Origin: an uncultured Gaiellaceae bacterium
Lineage (GTDB): Bacteria; Actinomycetota; Thermoleophilia; Gaiellales; Gaiellaceae
Assembly (NCBI GenBank): GCA_963731615.1
Contig: CAVSWD010000005.1
Location: forward strand, 218,203-282,202
DNA: 64,000 bases
Direction: 5' to 3'
Shown: one piece after another, positions 26,818-37,075 of the stretch
Layout: each line of letters begins with the position of its first letter
How positions within the stretch are numbered: position 1 is the stretch's first letter
Made by a program: the position numbers and the translations under genes
The notes under the pieces: model-generated
Told to the model about the DNA's origin: nothing
What the model saw: only the letters and a program-made list of their open reading frames with translations
The model's database searches: none

Positions 26818-27308
26818 TTGCCCGCAACGAGAGCGAGATCGTCACTGCGGCGATCGTGGCCCCCGGCAGGGGTCGTGGCCCTCCTATGCCTGTTTCTCGC
26901 CGCCGTGCCGCTTCCGGCGGCAGCGATGCCCACGCCCGATCCGGCGCCCTCCGGGGTGACGCCCGACCCGGCGCCCACAGCCCCCGCCGTCGTGATGCCG
27001 ACGTCGCCGGCGGTCCGCGTGCCGGTTCAGCAAGCGTCTCGGCCCGCAGCAGCGACCCCGCCCGTCCGCCGCCAGGCACCGGCTCCTCGACCGAAGGCGA
27101 AAGCGAAGCCGAAACGGCGGTCGTCGCGCTTCAGGCCGTCGTCCGGGACTCGACACAGGCCCCCCGCAGCCCCTCCTTGCCTGCAGCGGCAGCCGCAGTC
27201 GAGCGGAGGCTGCTCGTGCTCGCCGGGGTCGCGCTGATCGTCGTCGCGCTGGGCGGCGGCGTCGTCCTCGTCGCGAGCCGCCGCGCCCTTGCGGGAGCAC
27301 ACGCATGA
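26818..27308 (+). CDS. Pro/Ala-rich protein with N-terminal signal sequence and C-terminal TM anchor; frameshift near 27120
   Basis: ...RRSWPPAGVVALLCLFLAAVPLPAAA|MPTPDPAPSGVTPDPAPTAP...KAKAKPK, then in another frame ...RRLLVLAGVALIVVALGGGVVLVASRR. Its stop overlaps the next ATG (ATGA). Confidence 0.55.
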
Positions 27309-28640
27309 GCGCCATGCGACGGCTCGGGTTGCTCGGCGCGCTGATCCTGCCGCTCGTCGTCGCGCCGCAGGCCGGCTCCGTCCCCGGCGCGCCGATTCCC
27401 CAATGTTCTCCCAGTGCGGCGGCCGGCTGCAACGGCTGGTTCACCGGCAACGTCACCGTCTCGTGGACGTACGACCCGGCCGGCGTGACGCAGACCGTCG
27501 GCTGCAACGTCAAGACGATCACTGCCGACGGCACTACCTCCCAGTCGTGCGAGGTCTGGTACGGCGACTCCAGCTTCGCCCGCACCGTCACGATCCGGCG
27601 CGACGCGACGCCGCCGCAGGTCACAGGCTCGGCCTTCGAGCGCGCCCCCGATGCGGACGGCTGGTACAACCGGCCGGTCGCGGTCACCCTCTCCGGTACC
27701 GATGCCACGTCCGGCCTGGCCTCGTGCGACCGGCCTGCCTACAGCGGCCCCGACGCCACGTCTTCGCAGCTCTCGGGAACCTGCCGGGACGTTGCCGGGA
27801 ACACGAGCACAGCGGCGACGGTCACGCTCAAGTACGACGCCACCGCTCCGGCCGTCAGCGCCGCGGCGGATCGGGCACCGGACGGCAAGGGCTGGTACCG
27901 GCGGCCGCTGACGGTCCGGTTCACGGCCACTGACGCCGTCTCGGGCGTCGCCTCCTGTACCGCCCCGGCCCGGTATGCGGGCCCCGACCGCCAGGGCGTC
28001 GCCCTCGCGGGCAGCTGCCGCGACGGCGCCGGGAATGTGTCGGCGGAGCAGCCCTTCGTGCTCAACTACGACGCGACGGCGCCGAAGCTCAGCCGCGTGA
28101 AGGCGCAGGTCGCGCGGGGCGTGGCGCGCGTCGGCTGGCAGAAGCCCGCCGATGCAGTGCTCGTCCGGATCGAGCGGAGCCCGGGCCTGAACGGAGCCAA
28201 GCAGACGCACGTCTACAGCGGCACCGGAGAGCAGTTCCTCGATCGCACGGTTCGCCGCGGCGTGGCGTACCGGTACGAGGTCAGCGCGCTCGACGCCGCC
28301 GGCAACGTCTTCGGAACGACCGTCGCGACCGGGCCGCGTCCGGCCCTGCACACGCCCGCGGCACGGGAGGTCGTGCGGGCGCCCGTCGTGCTCGGCTGGA
28401 ACGCCGTTGCCGGCGCCCGCTACTACAACGTCCAGCTGCACCGAAACGGCGTCAAGGTGCTGACCGCCTGGCCGCGGACACCGAGGCTCCGGATCGCCCG
28501 CAGCTGGCGCTCGCTCGGGAAGCACGCAGTCGCTTCGGCCCGGCACCTACACGTGGTACGTCTGGCCCGGGCTCGGATCGCGCTCGCTCTCCCGCTACGG
28601 CAAGCTGCTCGGCTCGAGCAGCTTCGTCGTCAAGCGCTAG
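27305..28640 (+). CDS. Secreted multi-domain protein (three Ig-like Cys-containing modules + FN3-like + C-terminal conserved module); frameshift near 28525
   Basis: Signal MSAMRRLGLLGALILPLVVAPQAGS. Recurring D.TAP.V......P...GWY..P..V.....DA.SG.ASC......G.......G.C.D.AGN. C-terminal ...LRPGTYTWYVWPGLGSRSLSRYGKLLGSSSFVVKR in a second frame. Confidence 0.7.
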
Positions 28641-28996
28641 CGTCTTCCGAAGAAGAAGCGTTCCAGAACCGGCAGCACTTCCTTGCGCGTGAACGGCTTG
28701 ACGCGGTCGACCGTGCCGTCGTCCTCGAGCACGCGCACGTCGTCCTCGAGGGCGTCGTTCGCAGCCTCGAGCGCGTCGCCGAGCTCGTGGCCCTCGAACA
28801 CGTAGTCGTCCCGGCGCGACTCCTCGCTGGGACGGTGCTGCGGGTTCACCGCCCGCCCTACGGCCCAGACCGCACCCGGCTTGCGCTCGACCCAGATCAC
28901 GATCCGCTCTTCGCGACCGGTGTCGTCGACCCCGCGGAGCACCCGCTCGGCGCAGCGGGCATCGGAAGAATTGCGGCGCACGGCCTGAGGATACAA
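28637..28996 (-). CDS. Hypothetical acidic protein; start uncertain
   Basis: Coding-like composition, ...IVIWVERKPGAVWAVGRAVNPQH...DDYVFEGHELGDALEAANDALEDD.... Its stop shares a CTAG with the stop of 27305..28640. Confidence 0.45.
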   Translation of the reverse strand: MYPQAVRRNSSDARCAERVLRGVDDTGREERIVIWVERKPGAVWAVGRAVNPQHRPSEESRRDDYVFEGHELGDALEAANDALEDDVRVLEDDGTVDRVKPFTRKEVLPVLERFFFGRR

Positions 28997-29005
28997 TCGC
29001 CCGCG

Positions 29006-29247
29006 ATGGCGTTCCGCAACCTCTTCTCATTTCTCTTCCAGCGCTCGTCCGCGGACGAGCGGGTGGCCGCCTACGTGATTCGCGAGCACGAACGCGGCCG
29101 CGATCTCGCGGAGATCCTCGAGGATCGCTACGTGCAGAACCGCCTCACCCCGCAGCAGCGCGCACGGCTGCTCGACCGGCCCGAGGTGATCAAGGCGATC
29201 GGCAACGACACGATCTCCGTCGCCCGCACCAGCCTCGAGAGCCCTAG
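29006..29247 (+). CDS. Hypothetical small protein; 3' end uncertain
   Basis: MAFRNLFSFLFQRSSADERVAAYVIREHERGRDLAEILEDRYVQNRLTPQQRARLLDRPEVIKAIGNDTI looks coding. The remainder of the open frame is antisense to the OCD gene and looks non-coding. Confidence 0.3.
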
Positions 29248-30174
29248 AGCTCGTCGCCCGACGCCCCGGTCGCGCGCGCGGCCGAGCACCTCGACGCCGA
29301 TCGCCACGTCCCAGGCAGCCAAGCCGTTCGACTTGAAGACGATGATGTCCGCGTCGGACTGACGCCCGGGTAGCTCGCCCGCGACCACCTCCTGCAGCTC
29401 GTGCACCTCGAGCCAGTCCAGCGCGCCGCTCTCGACCGGCTCGATCAGATCGCCGGACTCGAGGCGCGCCTGCTCGCGCGAGTCGCAGCAGACGAGCGTC
29501 GCCCGCTCGAGGACGACGTTGTCGAGCTCGCGAGCGCGCGGGTCGTTCGCACCGACGGCGCACACCAGCGCCCCCTCGCGGAGCCACTCGCCGCGAACGA
29601 CCGGGTCGCGCGAGGTGGTCACGGTGACGACGACGTCCTGAGACGCTGCCTGCTGGTGGCTCTCGGCCGGCTTCGCGCCGGTCTGCTTGCAGAACGCACG
29701 GAGCGACTTGGGGGTGCGGCAGTACGCGACGACGGACTCGATCGTCGGAACGGCCGCCAGGATCGCGTCGACCTGCGACTCGGCCTGCCAGCCGCAGCCG
29801 ATCACACCGAGCGACTGTGCTCGGGGCCGGGCGAGCTGCTTGGCGGCGACCCCGCTCGCCGCGCCGGTGCGCCGCTGGCCGAGCGTGTCCGCCTCGATCA
29901 CAGCCGCCAGCCGTCCGGTCGCGAGTTCGAAGAGGCAGACGACGAAAGCCGCCTGTCCGGCAGCAGCCGCGTACGACTTCAGCCCTGCGTAACCCAGCCC
30001 ACGGTCGACTGCGGACATGATCGCGAAGAAGCCCTCCTCGAGCGGGATCCGGCGGCGCGGCACGTTCTCGATCTCACCGGCCGCGAGGCGGAGACAGCAC
30101 GCTTCGAGCGCCGGGATCGCTTCACCCGCGGTGATCAGGCCGTCGACGTCGGATTCGGAGAGGTAGAGCGGCAC
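29244..30174 (-). CDS. Ornithine cyclodeaminase / mu-crystallin family protein; probable 1-nt insertion near 29258 just before the natural stop
   Basis: GVIGCGWQAESQ Rossmann motif. Removing one G of GGG restores ...GVGDEL-stop at 29244. Confidence 0.8.
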
Positions 30175-30190
30175 CGCCGAAGCCTAGGTC

Positions 30191-30625
30191 TTAGCCGATG
30201 AAGCTGATCTGGCCGTTCGTCTCGAGCACGGCCCAGCGCACGTCCTCGATCGTCGCGATCTGCTGCTGCCGGGCCGCCGCGGCCAGCTCCTCGACGGTGA
30301 TGCGGTTGCGGCGCAGGTTCCGGTCGATCGGCTTCCCGTCCTCGACAACGATCACCGGCTCGCCGTCGAGCGCGGGTCTCAGCTTCGGGAACTTGAAGCT
30401 GAGGTACGAGACGGCCACCGTCATCAGGCCGATCGTGCCGCCGACGAGGATCGCGCCGGTGACCGAGAAGTCGTTCTGAGTCACCCCCTGCTGCACGAGG
30501 TCGCCGATCATGACGAGCATGATCAGGTCGAACGGCTCCAGCGAGGAGAGCTCGCGCCGGCCGATCACGCGCGTCAGCAGGTAGACGAAGGCAAAGGCGA
30601 CGACTGCGCGGATGACGAGATCCAT
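30191..30625 (-). CDS. DUF421 (YetF-like) membrane protein
   Basis: MDLVIRAVVAFAFVYLLTRVIGRRELSSLEPFDLIMLVMIGD.... Confidence 0.8.
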   Translation of the reverse strand: MDLVIRAVVAFAFVYLLTRVIGRRELSSLEPFDLIMLVMIGDLVQQGVTQNDFSVTGAILVGGTIGLMTVAVSYLSFKFPKLRPALDGEPVIVVEDGKPIDRNLRRNRITVEELAAAARQQQIATIEDVRWAVLETNGQISFIG

Positions 30626-31173
30626 CAGGGATAGATGGTCACGTCGCGGTCGATGTGGAGGAGCGGCGTCTCGCCGTCGTACAGGTCGACGTTCTGCGGC
30701 CGGTGGCCGACCTCGGTCGGATTGACCTGGAAGTGGAGGAAGAAGACGTGCTTCGTGCCGGCGGGCACGCGGCCGAGGTCGAGCGCGATCCTGCCGTTGC
30801 GGTTCGCCTCGCCGATCGGCGACGGCTCGAGCGTGTTCAGCGTGATCCCCTCGAGCCAACCGGGATCGAGCACCAGCGTCGCCGCCTTGATCTCCTTCGC
30901 CGCGCGAATCGTGAAGCGCGACATGAAGAAGAGGCCGCTCCGCAGGTGCTCGGGCGAATAGACCTCGAGCTCGACGCCGTCCGCCGCAGCGGTGTCTGTG
31001 TGCGGCTTCTGGCCGAACACGTTCGCGAGGCCGAGCAGCAGCACGAGCCCGATCAGGGTGAGCAGCACCCAGCGCAGATACGGCCGGCGTTCGCGACCCA
31101 CGAGGTCGCGATGGCGTTTCAGCGTCAGCTGATCCGGAACGTGCCACTCAGTCGTGTTCGCCGCCACCCCCAT
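30625..31173 (-). CDS. Hypothetical membrane-anchored protein
   Basis: One N-terminal TM (WVLLTLIGLVLLLGL) plus a beta-rich ectodomain. Stop/start overlap TGATG with DUF421. Confidence 0.6.
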   Translation of the reverse strand: MGVAANTTEWHVPDQLTLKRHRDLVGRERRPYLRWVLLTLIGLVLLLGLANVFGQKPHTDTAAADGVELEVYSPEHLRSGLFFMSRFTIRAAKEIKAATLVLDPGWLEGITLNTLEPSPIGEANRNGRIALDLGRVPAGTKHVFFLHFQVNPTEVGHRPQNVDLYDGETPLLHIDRDVTIYP

Positions 31174-31191
31174 CCTTCCTCGGGGCGAGCC

Positions 31192-32150
31192 TCACTTGAC
31201 CGCGTTGACCGCCGCTTCCAGCTCCTCGACCGACGCCGAGCCCTCGAAGCGGTCCCTGATCACCCCGTTACGGTCGACGACGAAGAGCCACGGTTCGCTC
31301 GGGAGCTTCCACTCGGTCATCCACCGGTTGACGCCCTGCGCGGGGTCGTTGTTCTTGTACACCTCGATGTGGATGAAGCGCACGTTCGAGCCCGCTGAGC
31401 GTCGCCGGACCTCTTCGACGATCTCGACGGTCGGGCCGCAGGTCCGGCTCGCGCAGTACTGCGGGGTCGCGAAGACGACGACGAACGGCACCTTGGCCCG
31501 GAGAGCATCCTGCACGGACGAGCGCAGGAGCTCGCGGTCGGGCGGGCGGGCCGTCGTGATCTCCCTCGCCGGCGCATCGGCAAGAGTCGGGTTGTCGGAG
31601 GGAGGTGCCTTGTCTCCGACTGCGGGTGCGGCGGCCTTCTCTTTCACGTCGAGCGCGACCAGCCCCTGAGTCGGCTCGCCCGGCAGGTCGACGACGAGCC
31701 AGTACCGGCCTGCTTCGGGGAAGGTGAGGCGGGTCACGAAGAGCGCCTCCGAGTCCGGATCCTCATGCGTCTGGGTATGCGCCGACCCGACGCCGTGCGG
31801 GTCGAGCTTCAGCAGGCGCGCGTCCGCGGTCGACTCCGGCACATCCGCGAGCGTTCGGGCCAGGAAGACCTTCGCAGTCGGCGTCTCGACGAGCTTGCCG
31901 TTGCTGCCGACCACGACGAAGCTGAGCCGGTTCTCGCCGACGGCGAAAGTCGGAGGTGCCGAGGATCAGGCCGACGTCCTCGCCCGGCTGCGCGTCGAGC
32001 CGAGTCCTGCAGCGACCCTGTCGGCGCCGCTTTCGCGGCCGTGGTCGTTCCGTCGCTGGAGGAGCCTCCATCGCAGCCCGCGAGAACGAGCGCAGTCGCG
32101 GCCGCACCGAGGAGAAGCGCGAGAGGGCGGGCCGGCGGTCTGCTCATCAC
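31192..32150 (-). CDS. Lipoprotein with C-terminal thioredoxin-like (TlpA/redoxin-type) domain; frame interrupted near 32003 and 31945
   Basis: MMSRPPARPLALLLGAAATALVLAGC lipobox; ...FVVVFATPQYCASRTCGP (CxxxC) ...WLFVVDRNGVI. Confidence 0.65.
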
Positions 32151-32217
32151 CGGTTCCGAGACTAGCGAGACGGGTGCTCTCTATGCCCGCGCGCGTCGTG
32201 CGGCTACTTTCCGACGG

Positions 32218-33120
32218 ATGGCGGATCTCGGTCACGATCACGGCGGGACGAACCGCAATGCGCGCGCCCTGCTGCTGACGCTCGGGCTGACAGCCACCTA
32301 CACCGTCGCGGAGGTGATCGGCGGCTGGCTGACCGGAAGCCTCGCGCTCATCGCCGATGCCGGCCACATGCTCTCGGACACGGGCTCGATCGCCATTGCC
32401 ATCGTCGCGATCTGGCTCGCGAGGCGTCCCGCGACGGCGCAGCGGAGTTTCGGCTTCAAGCGCGCCGAGATTCTCGCCGCCCTCTTCAACGGGATCACGC
32501 TGGTCGCGATCTCGATCTGGATCTTCGTCGAGGCGATCGACCGATTCGCCAATCCCACCGACGTGCTCGGAGGCTGGATGCTGGTGATCGCCGTCGGCGG
32601 CGTGGTCGTCAACGTCGCAGGCGCGCTGATCCTCGCCCGCGGCGACCGCGGCAACCTGAATCTGCGAGCCGCGCTCCGGCATGTGATCGCCGATCTGCTC
32701 GGCTCGGTCGGGGTGATCGTCGCAGCGATCGTCATCCTCACCACCGGCTGGGACTACGCCGACCCGCTGATCAGCGTCGTCATCGGCGTCCTGATCGCGG
32801 CCAGCGCCTGGGGCGTGCTGCGCGACTCGATCTCGATTCTGCTCGAGGCGACACCGAGCGGCATCGACGCCGAGGATGTCCGGACGATGATGCTCTCGGT
32901 TCCTGCCGTCCGGAACGTCCACGATCTCCACATCTGGACGATCACGTCGGGCTTCTCGGCGCTCGCCGCACACGTCCTCGTCGAGCCCCGCGAGGACTGC
33001 CACGGCAAGCGCCGCGAGCTGGAGCGCCTCCTCGAAGCGGAGTTCCACATCGACCACACCACGCTCCAGGTCGACCATGTCCACGAGGAGCTCCTCCACA
33101 TCGGCAGAGACAGGCCCTGA
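32218..33120 (+). CDS. Cation diffusion facilitator family transporter (CzcD/ZitB-like)
   Basis: His-rich N-terminus, SLALIADAGHMLSD, HVIADLLGS, HDLHIW. Confidence 0.9.
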   Translation: MADLGHDHGGTNRNARALLLTLGLTATYTVAEVIGGWLTGSLALIADAGHMLSDTGSIAIAIVAIWLARRPATAQRSFGFKRAEILAALFNGITLVAISIWIFVEAIDRFANPTDVLGGWMLVIAVGGVVVNVAGALILARGDRGNLNLRAALRHVIADLLGSVGVIVAAIVILTTGWDYADPLISVVIGVLIAASAWGVLRDSISILLEATPSGIDAEDVRTMMLSVPAVRNVHDLHIWTITSGFSALAAHVLVEPREDCHGKRRELERLLEAEFHIDHTTLQVDHVHEELLHIGRDRP

Positions 33121-33317
33121 CCGCTGACACTGCGAGTGTCGCGCCAGAGGGAGGTGCGCGGCGCGGCAGCCGGCCTCGGCCCTCCGGCGCGTCCCTGGCG
33201 GTGCGTAGGCCGGGTGGACAGTGCGCGAGCACGGACTCCCGGCTGGAGCGGCGCCAGGGGCGCGAAGGCGGCGGAGCCGGGCTCCGCCCGGCGGGAGCCG
33301 CCTGGCCGGTGGGTCGA

Positions 33318-33392
33318 GGTGCGCCCGGCACGATTCGAACGTGCGACCTCTGCCTCCGCAGGGCAGCGCTCTATCCCCTGAGCTACGGGCGC
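33318..33392 (-). tRNA. tRNA-Arg, anticodon GCG as written
   Basis: Manual cloverleaf: GCGCCCG/TA/GCTC-AGGGGATA-GAGC/G/CTGCC-CTGCGGA-GGCAG/AGGTC/GCACG-TTCGAAT-CGTGC/CGGGCGC-ACC. A20 is present. Confidence 0.85.
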
Positions 33393-34156
33393 TCGGGACC
33401 GGTCAGTGTAGCGGCGCCCGCGCCGACCGTTAGCTCGGCCTCCTCGGGCACCTCGCGCCGCACGTAGGCGAGCGCGACGGCTCCGTCCTCGACGGGCACA
33501 GCGCTCGTGATGCGGCCGACCGTCTTGCCCTCGTAGGCGAGCTCGGCTTCGGGCTCCGGCAGCTCGGCCAGCGAGAGCACGCGCAGGCCGCGGTTCGCGT
33601 GGCCGCGGTAGTGCAGCCGCGCGATCGGCTCCTGGCCCGGATAGCAGCCCTTCGTGAAGCTGACCGCCCGCTCCGTGAGGCCGGCCTCGGCGGGAAGGAC
33701 ACGGTCGTCGATCTCCTTGCCCCAGGCGGGCGTCCTGGCGCGGATGCGCAGCAACTCGAGCTCGTCGCTCGAGACGGTGACGTCGAGGTCGGCGTCGAGC
33801 ACCTCCGCGGCCGGCTCCCCGTACGCCACGGTCGGAACCCCCTCGCCGCCGAAGACGACATGCGACGTGTGCTCCTCGGTCTCGATCTCGACCTTCGCGG
33901 CGAACCGGAACCGCACGAGCTCCGCGCGCACGCGCTCGGCGAGACCGGGCTCCGTCAGCAGCAGGAAGTCCTCGTGACCGCGGCGGAGGACGACGAGCGG
34001 CGCGATCACGCGCGCCTTCGCTGTCAGCAGCAGCGCTTCGCACGACTCACCGGGGCCGAGCGCGGCCACGTCGTTCGAGACCATCCGGTCGAGGTACGCC
34101 TCGGCCTCGGACCCGGCGACGCGGACGAAGGACCGCGGACGTAACGCGACGCGCAT
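33383..34156 (-). CDS. ygfZ: YgfZ/GcvT-like folate-binding protein
   Basis: ...SFTKGCYPGQEPIARLHYRGHANR... signature. Its last 10 nt overlap the tRNA-Arg 5' end. Confidence 0.8.
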   Translation of the reverse strand: MRVALRPRSFVRVAGSEAEAYLDRMVSNDVAALGPGESCEALLLTAKARVIAPLVVLRRGHEDFLLLTEPGLAERVRAELVRFRFAAKVEIETEEHTSHVVFGGEGVPTVAYGEPAAEVLDADLDVTVSSDELELLRIRARTPAWGKEIDDRVLPAEAGLTERAVSFTKGCYPGQEPIARLHYRGHANRGLRVLSLAELPEPEAELAYEGKTVGRITSAVPVEDGAVALAYVRREVPEEAELTVGAGAATLTGPERP

Positions 34157-34781
34157 GCTCGTTACTGTAGAGATCGTGTTCCGCTCCAAGGCCGAAAAGA
34201 AGGTGCTCGAGGCCGGCTACGACCCGGCCCGCCTGCCGCCGGGGCAGTACCTGACCGAGAAGTGGCCCGTGCTGCACGCCGGCTCGGTGCCTTCGACCGA
34301 CCTCTCGACCTGGACGTTCGAGGTCTCCGGTGAGGTCGAGAACCCGGTCGCGCTCTCGTGGGACGAGCTGAACGCGCTGCCGCGAACCGAGCACACGCAG
34401 GACATCCACTGCGTCACGCGCTGGTCGAAGTTCGACGTCACCTTCTCCGGTGTCCACTGGCGCGAGCTCGAAGCGCTCGTCCAGCCGAAGCCGAGCGCGC
34501 ACTACGCGATCGCGGAGGCCGAGCAAGGCTTCACCGCGAACGTGCCGATCTCATTTCTCCGCGACGAGCACGCACTGCTCGCGACGCATGCGAACGGCGA
34601 GCCGCTCGAGCTCGAGCACGGGTATCCGCTGCGGCTCGTGATCCCGGGCAAGTACTTCTGGAAGAGCGCGAAGTGGCTGCGCGGAATCGAGCTCTCGGCG
34701 TCCGACAAACCGGGCTTCTGGGAGCGCTACGGCTACCACAACGAGGCCGATCCGTTCGAGGAGGAGAGGTATGCCTTCTAG
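34155..34781 (+). CDS. Sulfite oxidase-like molybdopterin-binding oxidoreductase domain protein (alternative GTG start at 34176)
   Basis: ...HCVTRWSK...GYPLRLVIPGKYFWKSAKWLRGIE.... Confidence 0.8.
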   Translation: MLVTVEIVFRSKAEKKVLEAGYDPARLPPGQYLTEKWPVLHAGSVPSTDLSTWTFEVSGEVENPVALSWDELNALPRTEHTQDIHCVTRWSKFDVTFSGVHWRELEALVQPKPSAHYAIAEAEQGFTANVPISFLRDEHALLATHANGEPLELEHGYPLRLVIPGKYFWKSAKWLRGIELSASDKPGFWERYGYHNEADPFEEERYAF

Positions 34782-34872
34782 GCGAACTTGGAAATCACTC
34801 AAACGAGTGACTACAGGGCGGCCGCCGCAGGCCGATACCTGGGCTACCCACCTCCCCCAGTTTCATCCCCTC

Positions 34873-34900
34873 AGAAGACCCGGCCCCCTCCGGGTCTTCT
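34873..34900 (+). terminator. Intrinsic terminator (11-bp stem AGAAGACCCGG/CCGGGTCTTCT + TCTTTGT)
   Basis: Perfect inverted repeat read directly, with a T-rich tail. Confidence 0.6.
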
Positions 34901-34932
34901 TCTTTGTGGGGACGGGACCCTCTCTGTACGAC

Positions 34933-34958
34933 GAAGGGCCGGCGATTGCCGGCCCTTC
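34933..34958 (-). terminator. Terminator hairpin downstream of groEL (GAAGGGCCGGC-GATT-GCCGGCCCTTC)
   Basis: Perfect 11-bp inverted repeat 28 nt past the groEL stop. Confidence 0.6.
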
Positions 34959-34985
34959 GCGTCAAGCAGAAGCCCGGGGGACTTC

Positions 34986-36635
<1,650 letters not shown>

Positions 36636-36941
36636 CTAGACTGCGGCGCGGTCGCCGACGACCTTGGCCAGGACGTCGGACTCGCGCAGAATCAGCACGT
36701 CGTCGACACCGACCTTGATCTCGGTGCCGCCGTACTTGGAGAAGATGATCTCGTCACCCTCCTCGACATCCATCTTGATGTACTCCCCGTCCTCGTCACG
36801 CGGGCCGGGTCCGACTGCGAGGACGCGGCCGCGCTGCGGCTTTTCCTTCGCGGTGTCGGGCAGCACGATGCCGCTGACGGTGATCTCCTCTTCTTCGAGG
36901 GTCTCCACGATCAGGCGGTCACCAAGGGGCTGCAGATTCAT
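36636..36941 (-). CDS. groES: Co-chaperonin GroES
   Basis: 101 aa; [12 protein letters not shown]...[15 protein letters not shown].... Confidence 0.95.
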   Translation of the reverse strand: MNLQPLGDRLIVETLEEEEITVSGIVLPDTAKEKPQRGRVLAVGPGPRDEDGEYIKMDVEEGDEIIFSKYGGTEIKVGVDDVLILRESDVLAKVVGDRAAV

Positions 36942-36978
36942 GTGTTGCCTCCTCGATCCTCAGACTTTGTAACAGACA

Positions 36979-37005
36979 CTGGCACTCCCACGGGGAGAGT
37001 GCCAA
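36979..37005. promoter_or_regulatory. CIRCE (HrcA operator) CTGGCACTC-N9-GAGTGCCAA upstream of groES
   Basis: 14/18 match to TTAGCACTC-N9-GAGTGCTAA, in the groES leader. Confidence 0.7.
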
Positions 37006-37075
37006 TGCGACTATACCAGTATCGACGCCGCGAGCAAGCGACTCCCGCCAAAACCACGCAACAACCTGTTACAAA

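Noticed and set aside
29248-29362. Extension of the small plus-strand ORF (29006..) to 29362
   Set aside because: The extension is antisense to the OCD coding region and translates to a Pro/Arg/Ser/Thr-rich, non-coding-like sequence. The true end is probably earlier or lost to an indel.
33200-33400. tRNA-Arg and tRNA-Phe (50580-50652) as integration sites of genomic islands
   Set aside because: No integrase, recombinase or phage genes are nearby. I found no direct repeat of the tRNA 3' ends, and the flanks are ordinary housekeeping genes with uniform GC.
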